Shown: positions 19,301 to 28,052 of the stretch, one piece after another | Layout: the number at the start of each line of letters is the position of its first letter | Numbering within the stretch: position 1 is the first letter of the stretch | Assembly (NCBI GenBank): GCA_038883655.1 | Contig: JAVZLQ010000002.1 | Coordinates: 32,001 to 96,000, forward strand | Source of the DNA: Candidatus Bathyarchaeia archaeon | GTDB taxonomy: Archaea; Thermoproteota; Bathyarchaeia; Bathyarchaeales; Bathycorpusculaceae | Direction: 5' to 3' | Length of the DNA stretch: 64,000 bases | Program-made: the position numbers and the translations under genes | Notes under the pieces: generated by a model | What the model saw: only the letters and a program-made list of their open reading frames with translations | The model's database searches: none | Told to the model about the DNA's origin: nothing

Positions 19301-19945
19301 ATGAACCTAATACCAGAAGAGCATAAAGGGCATATCAAAAGCGAATTTGAAGAGAAGTTGGAAAAAACAGTAAGAATCGTCATGTTCACACAAGAGGTGG
19401 AATGTCAATACTGCGCCCAAACCAGACAACTGCTAAACGAAATTGCAGCTTTAAGCGACAAAATAAATTTAGAGGTTTATGATTTTGTGGCGGATGCCGA
19501 AAAGGCTAAGGAGTACGGCGTTGACAAGGTTCCAGCAATAGCTATTATAGGCGAAAAGGATTATGGCGTAAGATTTTACGGGCTTCCCTATGGTTATGAA
19601 CTGCAAACCTTGCTTGAGGGAATAATAGCCGTTTCAAAGGCGAAAACAGACCTTCCAGACGAGATAAAAACGCGGCTAAAAGAGATTAAGGCGCCAGTTC
19701 ACATTCAAGTGTTCGTAACGCTAACGTGCCCATATTGTCCTATAGTTGCAAGCCTCGCCCACAAATTCGCCGTAGAAAGCGATTTGATAAGGGCGGATGT
19801 CATAGAAGTCGGCGAGTTTCCACATTTAGGCTTCAAATACGGCGTTCTGGGAGTGCCAAAAACTGTTATCAACGAAAAAGTGGAGTTTGTGGGCGCTCTT
19901 CCAGAAGATCTGTTCCTCGAACACATAATATTGGCCGCGGTCTAA
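19301..19945 (+). CDS. pdo: Protein disulfide oxidoreductase (two thioredoxin folds)
   Basis: CQYC and CPYC motifs; GVRFYGLPYGYE. Confidence 0.92.
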   Translation: MNLIPEEHKGHIKSEFEEKLEKTVRIVMFTQEVECQYCAQTRQLLNEIAALSDKINLEVYDFVADAEKAKEYGVDKVPAIAIIGEKDYGVRFYGLPYGYELQTLLEGIIAVSKAKTDLPDEIKTRLKEIKAPVHIQVFVTLTCPYCPIVASLAHKFAVESDLIRADVIEVGEFPHLGFKYGVLGVPKTVINEKVEFVGALPEDLFLEHIILAAV

Positions 19946-19959
19946 AAGCGCATGGCAAA

Positions 19960-20781
19960 GTGTCCATTTTGAGCTCTGCGGAAAAAACAGAAAGGCTGAA
20001 CTTGATTTTCATTTACAGCGGCGAATTCGCGGAGAGGGTTATAAGAAACCTCATAAACGACCCGAGCTTCTGCAAGTCTTGCGGCATATACTGCGACTCA
20101 TGCAAATACAACGTTTACACTTTCGTCCAAAACATCCGCGCGGCAATACAACTTCTAGGCCCCATGGAGCTGCCAGCATTCATAGACAACCCAGAAAAGT
20201 ACATGCCCAGAAAAATTCCGAAAGCAGACTTATGTATAGCGTCTGGATTGCATAAGGACTTACTTTTAGAACTTCCCATACACTTGCATAGAAGTGGCGT
20301 TAAGAGCTTAATTGTGCCTATAGAAGATTTCAATGAGGTTCCATCTGGTTTAAGGAGGCAGGTTGAAGAAAGATGCGAGGAACTTCAAATAGAAAGTGCA
20401 TTTCCAAAGCCATTTTGCTCTTTAGAGGCTTCTGAAAAGGACAAGCCGCTAATCTCAAAGTTCATTAACGATTTTAACGTTGGAAAGCCAAAACTGGAAA
20501 TTTCAACTGGAAGGCGTGGAAAACATGAGGTTGTCAACTCCGTGGTTGTTAGGCGCAGTGCCCCATGTGGCTCAACATGGTATGTCGCGAGAAAGCTTTT
20601 GGGAACAAGAACTGAAAGAGATCTACTTTATGAAGCAATAGCAAAGGCGCACCACAGTTATCCATGCACCGCGACGATGAATGTTGACCCAGAGCTTAAA
20701 GAGCCCATACTCCATATTGGAGGCTACATAATAAGAGAAGCCGTGGAAAACGCTCTAAAAAGTCTGGAAATTTCAATATGA
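19960..20781 (+). CDS. DUF166-family protein
   Basis: ERVIRNL, CxxCxxxCxxC, FIDNPE, PKPFCSL, RSAPCGSTWYVA, HHSYPCTA; start moved downstream of the pdo stop. Confidence 0.75.
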   Translation: MSILSSAEKTERLNLIFIYSGEFAERVIRNLINDPSFCKSCGIYCDSCKYNVYTFVQNIRAAIQLLGPMELPAFIDNPEKYMPRKIPKADLCIASGLHKDLLLELPIHLHRSGVKSLIVPIEDFNEVPSGLRRQVEERCEELQIESAFPKPFCSLEASEKDKPLISKFINDFNVGKPKLEISTGRRGKHEVVNSVVVRRSAPCGSTWYVARKLLGTRTERDLLYEAIAKAHHSYPCTATMNVDPELKEPILHIGGYIIREAVENALKSLEISI

Positions 20782-20822
20782 TTTACGATATTCTTAAATT
20801 CGCCTAGGTGGTTGACTTTCCC

Positions 20823-21221
20823 ATGCATGAGTGGGCTTTGGCGGAATCCGTTATCTCAACGGTTTCTCAAATTGCAAAAAAGGAAGGGTTAAGAGAGGTC
20901 AGCGAAGTTAAAATTGTTGTGGGTGAACTGCAACAGGTCGAGCTTGACATATTTGAATTTGCCCTGTCACAACTTAAAACGCCAGAACTTGAAAACACAA
21001 AGTTCAGCATTAAAGTGTCGAAGGCACAATTGCTATGCAGAGTTTGTGGACATAAATGGAATTTTGAAAAGGAAAACTTGAGCGTAGAAAACGCCGAAGC
21101 GATACATTTCCTTCCAGAAGTTGCCCACACTTACATCCGATGTCCAAAATGTGGAAGCCCAGACTTTGAGGTGATGCAGGGACGCGGAATATGGCTTGAA
21201 AGCATAAAAGGCGTGAAATAG
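20823..21221 (+). CDS. hypA: Hydrogenase nickel incorporation protein HypA
   Basis: MHEWALA, VGELQQV, two CxxC motifs, GRG. Confidence 0.95.
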   Translation: MHEWALAESVISTVSQIAKKEGLREVSEVKIVVGELQQVELDIFEFALSQLKTPELENTKFSIKVSKAQLLCRVCGHKWNFEKENLSVENAEAIHFLPEVAHTYIRCPKCGSPDFEVMQGRGIWLESIKGVK

Positions 21222-21222
21222 A

Positions 21223-21951
21223 ATGGTTGACCCAAGAGTAAGCGTCATAAGTGAGAGGCTTAAGCCAGTCCGTAACATAATTGCTGTTTCAAGCGGCAAA
21301 GGAGGCGTTGGAAAAAGCTTAACCGCATCAACGCTTGCTTTGGTTCTCGCAAGAAGAGGCTACAAAACTGGTCTCTTTGATTTGGACTTTACAAGCCCAT
21401 CCACACACGTTATTTTGGGTGTTGGAGGCGTAAAGCCAAGAGAGGAAAAGGGAATAATTCCACCACAAGTTCATGGCATAACGTACATGTCAATAATTTA
21501 TTATTCTGGCGAGCATGTAGCACCATTGAGAGGCGCGGACGTTTCAAATGCACTAATAGAGCTTCTCGCAATAACAAGATGGGGCGAACTTGACTTCTTA
21601 ATCATCGACATGCCGCCTGGGATAGGCGACGCAACTTTGGATATAATTCGCCTAATTAAGCAGATAAAATTTCTTATAGTAACAACGCCTTCCCAACTTG
21701 CCTTCGAAACCGTAAGAAAGTTAGTAAAACTTTTGAAGGATTTGAAAGTTCAAGTTGTAGGTGTGATTGAAAATATGAAGATGAGTGATTCGGTCTTCAT
21801 TAAGCAAGAAACCAGAAGTTTAAGTGTGCCATATTTGGGAGGAATAAATTTTGACGCAAAAATTGAGGACGCGGTAGGCAATGTAGATGAACTTCTGCTC
21901 TCCAACTTCGGCAAGAGAATTGATGAAATAGCCTCAAAAATCACAGTTTAG
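21223..21951 (+). CDS. Mrp/NBP35-family ATPase
   Basis: SSGKGGVGKS, WGELDFLIIDMPPGIGD, VTTP, GVIENM. Confidence 0.92.
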   Translation: MVDPRVSVISERLKPVRNIIAVSSGKGGVGKSLTASTLALVLARRGYKTGLFDLDFTSPSTHVILGVGGVKPREEKGIIPPQVHGITYMSIIYYSGEHVAPLRGADVSNALIELLAITRWGELDFLIIDMPPGIGDATLDIIRLIKQIKFLIVTTPSQLAFETVRKLVKLLKDLKVQVVGVIENMKMSDSVFIKQETRSLSVPYLGGINFDAKIEDAVGNVDELLLSNFGKRIDEIASKITV

Positions 21952-23531
21952 CTTATGGATTTTGGAAACATCCCTTCAAGTTTTTCTTCATCAAGCGGTT
22001 TTGTTGCTATACTCACTAGAAAATAGAGCAATCCGGAACCTAGCATTAGCAGAAAAGCCCAGTAACCCCAATGATGCAAGCCAACAACGTTTCCATAAGC
22101 CTTCGGATGCAACGAAGTCATAAGCAAGCCATAAATTATTGCGACGCTAGCACCCCATTTTGTAGCTCTCTTCCAATGCATGGAAACTCCTACAACGAAA
22201 AAGAATATGCCAGCTTGCGCCACGGCTGAACCAGCCATGAACTCTGAAAGGATTGGCGGTGGCGAAGTGAAAGTCCACCATAAAGGTATGGTGATAAATG
22301 GAATAAGCATGATTTTTGTCAGCCAAAAGAGTCTCGAAGACGAAATTGTTGGGCGAATGTTGTGAATGAGGTCTCTTGTTATGTTTGTCGCCATAATCAT
22401 GGTCATCCCAGCTAACGTGGCGACGGAAGCGGCAAATACAGCAGCGGCGAACAATGATGCAAGTAGTATACCTCCAGCGCTTATGCTAACGAGAGTTGCC
22501 GCAGAGTCTCCAAACACTTTACCTCCAAAATCGTATTGCGCGCCCATTAGTGCGTCTCCCCAAACAGCCCTCGCTGCAAATCCAACAGCTCCTATCCAAA
22601 GCGGAGTTAAACCGCCAACAATAAGTATCAGCATCACCTTCCAAAATTCCCTCTTTGAAAGTTTTCTTGCACCCAAAAACCGTGCAATGTTATGGGGAAA
22701 GCCTGTTGCCATAAAAAGAAACATAAAGACCGCGGCGCTAGCTCCTATCCAGTCTGCACCAGCAAAAGCTAAGCCTCCTGGTGGAGGCAAGGGCAAAGTG
22801 TAACCATCAAGCGGTATCGTCGTGTTTGCACCTCCAGGACTTGTGTATGTTTGTGTTCTAATGGCTTCAGCGATTTTTGCTGGTCCTCCAGCCCATGCTA
22901 GTGCTATTATGCCTAAAGTCCATCCGACTGCCGTTAGGAGTATTCCTTGGAAACATGAAACCCATTGTGTGCCAGCATATCCGCCTATGGCCATGTATAG
23001 GAGCACCATAATCGCCGTTATTATTAGGCTCCATTTGAAATCCATGTTTGTAGTTATTGTCCAAACAGTTGCCATCGCCTTGTACTGCCCAACAGAATAA
23101 ACTATGAGCAGGACAATCATTGCCGTGCCAGCCAGCGCTTGAACAGCCTTACTGTCAAATCTAACCCTAAGCATTTCTGGTACTGTTCGGGCTCCAAGCG
23201 CCACGTACCTACGCATCCTATAGCCTAAAACTAGGCATAGCGCCATTCCCATTATGCATATTGTGCCAATAAGCCAGCTTCCAGACCAACCGAAAGCATA
23301 GCCCAAGCCAGCGTTTCCAAAAATCGCCCAGCCACTTAAATATGACGCTACTAGGGCAAAACCAGTCACAATTGGCCCAATATCACCGTGTCCGACAAGC
23401 CACTCTTCAAAGCTTTTCGCTTTCTTTCTCATCAAAAAGCCTAGCGTAATGCTTATGAGAAGGAAGGCCGCAATTGCAGCAATTACGCCTGTAGCGATTT
23501 CTTGTGTTGTTTCTGGTACTGGCGTACTCAT
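21948..23531 (-). CDS. Sodium:solute symporter (SSS family)
   Basis: About 13 TM helices; ASYLSGWAIFGNAG, TVPEML.VRFDS, GFPHNIARF. Confidence 0.9.
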   Translation of the reverse strand: MSTPVPETTQEIATGVIAAIAAFLLISITLGFLMRKKAKSFEEWLVGHGDIGPIVTGFALVASYLSGWAIFGNAGLGYAFGWSGSWLIGTICIMGMALCLVLGYRMRRYVALGARTVPEMLRVRFDSKAVQALAGTAMIVLLIVYSVGQYKAMATVWTITTNMDFKWSLIITAIMVLLYMAIGGYAGTQWVSCFQGILLTAVGWTLGIIALAWAGGPAKIAEAIRTQTYTSPGGANTTIPLDGYTLPLPPPGGLAFAGADWIGASAAVFMFLFMATGFPHNIARFLGARKLSKREFWKVMLILIVGGLTPLWIGAVGFAARAVWGDALMGAQYDFGGKVFGDSAATLVSISAGGILLASLFAAAVFAASVATLAGMTMIMATNITRDLIHNIRPTISSSRLFWLTKIMLIPFITIPLWWTFTSPPPILSEFMAGSAVAQAGIFFFVVGVSMHWKRATKWGASVAIIYGLLMTSLHPKAYGNVVGLHHWGYWAFLLMLGSGLLYFLVSIATKPLDEEKLEGMFPKSIS

Positions 23532-23716
23532 TGGTCTTCCTCCCAGTAATAATGCGTTTTAATGTAGACCGCTATTAGTCCAAATACTATTGCAAGTAGA
23601 GCGTGACCCCAATAGGCATGCCATTCGCCAATTAAGTACGCAATTAATGGGACTAGAATTACGCATAAAAGCATAGCAGCTAAGAGAACATATACCTTCA
23701 AACCGCGCCTCTCCAT
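23528..23716 (-). CDS. Small 2-TM membrane protein, probable symporter accessory subunit
   Basis: 62 aa with two hydrophobic helices; stop overlaps the symporter start (ATGA). Confidence 0.7.
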   Translation of the reverse strand: MERRGLKVYVLLAAMLLCVILVPLIAYLIGEWHAYWGHALLAIVFGLIAVYIKTHYYWEEDQ

Positions 23717-23772
23717 AATTCTCCGTAGATTAAAGAATTTTATATTTAAAACTGCTGTAAAATTTCTGACGA

Positions 23773-24150
23773 TTACACTTTATTATTTTTCTTTTTCTGC
23801 TTCTTTCTAGCTGCAGCCTTTTCCATCATTGCGAGCTCTTCGATAGAACTTGCCTTACGCAGTTCTTGCATGTACCAGCTTCTATCCCTAGAATAACTCA
23901 AGCCCGCAGCTATCCCAAAAACTATGAGGGCCATTCCGCTAATAATGAATGTTAAACCTACAACTGCTCCGGCTAGAGGCTCCACGTGATATGGTATGAA
24001 AAGGAACCATTGTGGCTCTCCTGGTAAGCTTAGGGTTTCTAGAAATCCTCCGACGAAGAATATGGCGCCCGCTAGGAACATTAGGTAGGAGAGCGTTTCA
24101 TTGTGCCTTGACTCTTCTGCCTTTTCGTGAAGGTATTCTCTGAATGACAT
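23773..24150 (-). CDS. Uncharacterised 2-TM membrane protein (paralogue A)
   Basis: MSFREYLHEKAEESRHNET...RSWYMQEL; paralogous to 28053..28400. Confidence 0.8.
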   Translation of the reverse strand: MSFREYLHEKAEESRHNETLSYLMFLAGAIFFVGGFLETLSLPGEPQWFLFIPYHVEPLAGAVVGLTFIISGMALIVFGIAAGLSYSRDRSWYMQELRKASSIEELAMMEKAAARKKQKKKNNKV

Positions 24151-24254
24151 TAGGGTTTCAATATGTCAAGTTACAGTGCGCATAAGTAAATTTTATTATG
24201 TTGGAATACTCATTGCAAAAACTAATTCACAATAAGCACATTGGGGAGCAGCGC

Positions 24255-25040
24255 TTGCAAAAACTTGAGGCTGTAATCTTCGATTTCATAGGCACATTGA
24301 CCAACGTGAAGGACTATGATTTAGAGATTTCGAAGATGAAGCTTTGCAAGGCGATAATTGAATCTGGCTTTAATGTTGAAGAAAAATGTTTCATGGACGC
24401 CTACAGCGAATCCCACGAAAAATTTAGAGTTGTACGCTACCAAGAGCTCATTGAAGTGACAAATGCGGTTTGGATTGCAGACGCATTAAACAGCTTAGGA
24501 TTTAAAACAACACCAGAAGACGGACGCATAAAAACGGCAGTAAACATTTTCTTCGAAGATTATGTGCGCTCGCTTAAGCTTAGACCCTGCGTAAAAATGT
24601 TACTGGATAAACTTTCACTTGATTATAAGTTGGGACTTGTATCAAACTTTACATATGCTCCAGTAATTTACGCTGGTTTAAGGAAGTTGGGTGTTAACAA
24701 GTTCTTTAACGCTGTTTTGGTTTCGGAAGAGGTTGGATGGCGAAAACCACACGCGAAAATTTTTGAAGAAGCCCTAAAAAGGCTTGGAGTGAAAGCGCAG
24801 GAAGCCATTTACGTTGGAGATAGTCCGCAGGAAGACATTAGAGGCGCAAAAGAGGTGGGGCTGAAAACAATTTTTGTTCCCTCGCAGTTTTACTCGCTTC
24901 AAGACCTAAAAAATAGCCAAATAACACCAGAAATAATCGTGAAAAATATCTGCGAACTTTATAGAAAATTCCCAAAACTGCGGTTGCTAGAAGTTAAATC
25001 GGACAGAATCTCGATTAAATCTCGGTTTTCCAATATTTGA
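24255..25040 (+). CDS. HAD-superfamily hydrolase
   Basis: AVIFDFIGTL, LVSN, RKPH..IF, YVGDS..EDI.GA. Confidence 0.9.
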   Translation: MQKLEAVIFDFIGTLTNVKDYDLEISKMKLCKAIIESGFNVEEKCFMDAYSESHEKFRVVRYQELIEVTNAVWIADALNSLGFKTTPEDGRIKTAVNIFFEDYVRSLKLRPCVKMLLDKLSLDYKLGLVSNFTYAPVIYAGLRKLGVNKFFNAVLVSEEVGWRKPHAKIFEEALKRLGVKAQEAIYVGDSPQEDIRGAKEVGLKTIFVPSQFYSLQDLKNSQITPEIIVKNICELYRKFPKLRLLEVKSDRISIKSRFSNI

Positions 25041-25716
25041 TGTACTGTTGTAATGTTTTAGTCATCTTTGCAAGCAGAGGATATGGCAAGGAAACCATAA
25101 GTTCCCCACTTGATAGACCCACGCCGTAAGTGCCACCTGGGTCACCTATGCTGAAGGATGGTTTGTCTTGAAGTAAAGGCTTCACAATAAGCGTTTGACA
25201 CATGGCTGTTCCAGTTTCACCTTGAACAACTTCGCCGGTATTATAGGAATAGCTCCACAAAAGGAGCATTGCTTGCTCTGGTGTGCATCTAACCAAGATG
25301 AGGTCTGGCTGAAACGTTGCCTCTTCTAAGGGCGCTAAACAAATAAGACTGGCTAGTTTGCGATTCAAGTGTGGAAGGGCAGTCACGTATTTTTTAACGG
25401 CACCCGAAGAGTATGCATATACTTGTTCAACCCAAAAGCGACATACATCCTTTCTAACGGTTTCATTGCGAATACCTAAATGATATGTTCCAGTGAGACA
25501 GTTGTGGTTTTCAGGAGTTGCGAAAAAGCTTTTTCCTTTCTGTGCCTCAGCCCACATTCGACAAAACTCCATTTTTCCTGCGAGTTTTTGAAGGTCACTC
25601 ATGGGTTCTTTACCAAAACTAATAGCTACTGCGGGAAATTTCAACTCTAACACGCTTTTTAAGAACGTGCCCTGTATTTTCCAGTTAAATCTGTTTTCAG
25701 CCATAATTATCCGCAT
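25015..25716 (-). CDS. DUF169-family protein
   Basis: PAVAISF, FCRM, NHNC..G..HLG, PLE...QPDLILV..TPEQAM.L, S.GDPG. Confidence 0.75.
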   Translation of the reverse strand: MRIIMAENRFNWKIQGTFLKSVLELKFPAVAISFGKEPMSDLQKLAGKMEFCRMWAEAQKGKSFFATPENHNCLTGTYHLGIRNETVRKDVCRFWVEQVYAYSSGAVKKYVTALPHLNRKLASLICLAPLEEATFQPDLILVRCTPEQAMLLLWSYSYNTGEVVQGETGTAMCQTLIVKPLLQDKPSFSIGDPGGTYGVGLSSGELMVSLPYPLLAKMTKTLQQYIKYWKTEI

Positions 25717-25922
25717 TTAGGTATAAGATTAAAATGTATACTTTAATTTAATTATGTGGTTTTTAGGGAAACAGCGTGGTTAAAGCGGCAGATAAGTGCA
25801 GTTCTTATGATGAAAAAGTTCTGTACTAGTGGAAGAGGTTAGAGCGACATAGAACCGAATTTGCCATCTACTCTACATTGGAAGAAAGAGTGAGCATGAA
25901 CCAGAAGCTATTGTCTAAACTA

Positions 25923-26597
25923 TCAGATGACTGACAATATTTCTTGTAGACTTTTTATTTTCTTCACATTGCAAGTTTGTTTTTCATCCATATCTATAAG
26001 TAGCGCATTTAACCCAGCTTTTCTAGCGCCTTCATAATCTATTTTCGCGTCGTCACCGACAAACAAAACATTTTTTGGCTGTAGACCAAGTTTTTCACAA
26101 GCGTAAATAAAAATTTCTTTTGCTGGTTTTGCTTTCCCAGCAACATCAACGCAAACTTTAACATCGAAGAAGCTTTCAAGTCCTAACTTCTTCAAAACCT
26201 TTTCCACATCCGCCCGCAAGCTGTTTGTGATAACGCCAACCTTTAAGCCCTTCTCCCTCAATTTTTTCAGAACTGTTAAGGCTTCTGGATAAAGCGAAAA
26301 ATTGGCGTATTCCCACCATTCTCTGTCGATTTCCTCTGCCAAGAATAAAGCGTTTTCTTTAATTCCCAAACCTTCCAAAACTAAAAGGTTAAACTCAACC
26401 CAAAACCTTGCGCCAAAATCAGCCATTTTCTCTATGCCTAATTGCTTATTGGCTTTTTCCCAAGCCTTGGAAATTTCAGCAACAGAACATTCTATTCCAT
26501 GCACTTTGAGAATTTTGTAGAAAATTTCTGGAGCAGGTTCAACATGAACAAGCGTTCCGCCCAAATCAAACAAAACAGCCTTTATTTGATTTTTCAT
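25923..26597 (-). CDS. HAD-superfamily hydrolase
   Basis: AVLFDLGGTL, VITNS, KPAKEIF, FVGDD..IDYEGA. Confidence 0.92.
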   Translation of the reverse strand: MKNQIKAVLFDLGGTLVHVEPAPEIFYKILKVHGIECSVAEISKAWEKANKQLGIEKMADFGARFWVEFNLLVLEGLGIKENALFLAEEIDREWWEYANFSLYPEALTVLKKLREKGLKVGVITNSLRADVEKVLKKLGLESFFDVKVCVDVAGKAKPAKEIFIYACEKLGLQPKNVLFVGDDAKIDYEGARKAGLNALLIDMDEKQTCNVKKIKSLQEILSVI

Positions 26598-27028
26598 CGA
26601 CTTTCCCTTCTAAAAACTTTGAACTTTAGCTGTTCGCCTTTTGCTTTGAATTTTGGGCAGATATATGAAAGCATAAAGGCGATAAAAATCAAAAAAGCTA
26701 TAAGAATTGTGATTATGCCGAGAATAGCGCTTTCAGTCAAGATGTAGCCGCCAACAATTATCCCAAGAGCCACAAACGCAGAAGCTACTACAGTAACCCT
26801 CTTTAACATGCCTTCACTAGTAACGTACAAAGTGAGGGCGCTTGACAAACAAGCAAACCCCAAAGCCGCTCCCAATGTTGCCAAAACAGCATCGCCAGAA
26901 CAAAAGCCGCCTAGAAGCATGGAAAAACCTAGCATAAGAAAAACTAAAGAGTTTAGCAAAGCCCTATTCAACAAGTCCACCAATAAAATTTTAGAACCAA
27001 AATATAAGTAATTTCTGCAAGAAATCAA
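26594..27028 (-). CDS. Hypothetical membrane protein (about 4 TM)
   Basis: Hydrophobic ORF whose stop overlaps the HAD start; true start uncertain. Confidence 0.6.
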   Translation of the reverse strand: MISCRNYLYFGSKILLVDLLNRALLNSLVFLMLGFSMLLGGFCSGDAVLATLGAALGFACLSSALTLYVTSEGMLKRVTVVASAFVALGIIVGGYILTESAILGIITILIAFLIFIAFMLSYICPKFKAKGEQLKFKVFRRESR

Positions 27029-27099
27029 GAATTGAAAATGGCCGCTAAAACACGCCCATTTTCGATACTCCCTTCCTATCTTAGAAAATCGCCAGTAAT

Positions 27100-27202
27100 T
27101 GGTGCGGCCGCCGGGATTCGAACCCGGGATCGCAGGCTTGGAAGGCTTCCACGGCTGTTTTAGCTTAGCGTCTGTGTCCTAACCAGACTAGACGACGGCC
27201 GC
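27100..27202 (-). tRNA. tRNA-Gly(TCC) with 25-nt intron at position 29/30 and encoded CCA
   Basis: GCGGCCGTCGTCTAGTCTGGTTAGGACACAG[ACGCTAAGCTAAAACAGCCGTGGAA]GCCTTCCAAGCCTGCGATCCCGGGTTCGAATCCCGGCGGCCGCACCA; removing 27147-27171 restores the CAGGC/GCCTG stem and CTTCCAA loop. Confidence 0.92.
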
Positions 27203-27248
27203 TGTTTTGCATTATTTTATTTTCTAAGGGTTGTAGATAAAACTTCTT

Positions 27249-27917
27249 TTATTGTGGTTTTTCGTTTGGCTTGAAAAGTTTTTTCTCATGTGGCGATTTT
27301 GGTTTAAAGCTTCCCGGGTATTTGGGCATTGCGGCTTTTTGACGTTCAATGTTTCTTATCCTTGCATAGAGTTTTGCAATTTTTGTTTTTGATGGTTTTT
27401 TTGGCTTTGGGAGTTTGGCTGGGACTGGCGTGAAGGGTTTTATCTCTCTAGTTTTTTGGCGTTTTTCGGTTTTGCGGCTTGTCACCAACTCTTTAAATCT
27501 TCGGAAAATAACATAACCACTTTTCAAGTCAACTTCTTGCACCTTCCATCCGGCGTCAAGCCACGCTTTGGCATGTGCGCTGGTCGGCGAGTTGCTCCAC
27601 CAGCTTTCATTTTTGTAGGCGCTTATTGGCAAGTTATCGCCTATTATTCCGTCTATTTGGGCGAAGGAAAGCCTTACAGTATCTGTGAAGGCTGCCCTAA
27701 ACTTTAGGTGATTCTTTAAGCCGTCGTATTTGCCCATAATTTTTGGTGATACAATTTTTCTGGCGCAGTTTAGGCAAAACATCCTACGCGTGTCGCCTGT
27801 TGAAACTTCTGGAACCATGCAGTCTACGCAATATAAGCGTCCGCATCTTTGGCATGTTCTTAAATAGCGATATGGCAGAACTCTGCCGCAGATTCCACAT
27901 TCATCTTTGATTGGCAT
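27249..27917 (-). CDS. Zn-finger protein with a central small domain (DUF7662-like) and basic C-terminal tail
   Basis: Four CxxC pairs in the N-terminus; KY..L..HL...LSF..I..IIG..LP.SAY...WW.N.....HAKAWLDAGWKV..VDL....V.F.R. Confidence 0.65.
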   Translation of the reverse strand: MPIKDECGICGRVLPYRYLRTCQRCGRLYCVDCMVPEVSTGDTRRMFCLNCARKIVSPKIMGKYDGLKNHLKFRAAFTDTVRLSFAQIDGIIGDNLPISAYKNESWWSNSPTSAHAKAWLDAGWKVQEVDLKSGYVIFRRFKELVTSRKTEKRQKTREIKPFTPVPAKLPKPKKPSKTKIAKLYARIRNIERQKAAMPKYPGSFKPKSPHEKKLFKPNEKPQ

Positions 27918-28052
27918 TATGAGCCACAACTGCTTGTGTCTATTTATCTGAATTATTAACGAGATTTTTAATATAAGCAATAGGGTTTTGGGTATTCGGA
28001 GTCTGCAATAAAACTTATAGAAGTGCAGTTTTGCTGCTTAAATCGTGGTTTC

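Noticed and set aside
19726-19959. N-terminal extension of the DUF166 ORF (similar extensions at 40865, 55369 and 63901)
   Set aside because: They overlap upstream genes in another frame; downstream starts fit the families better.
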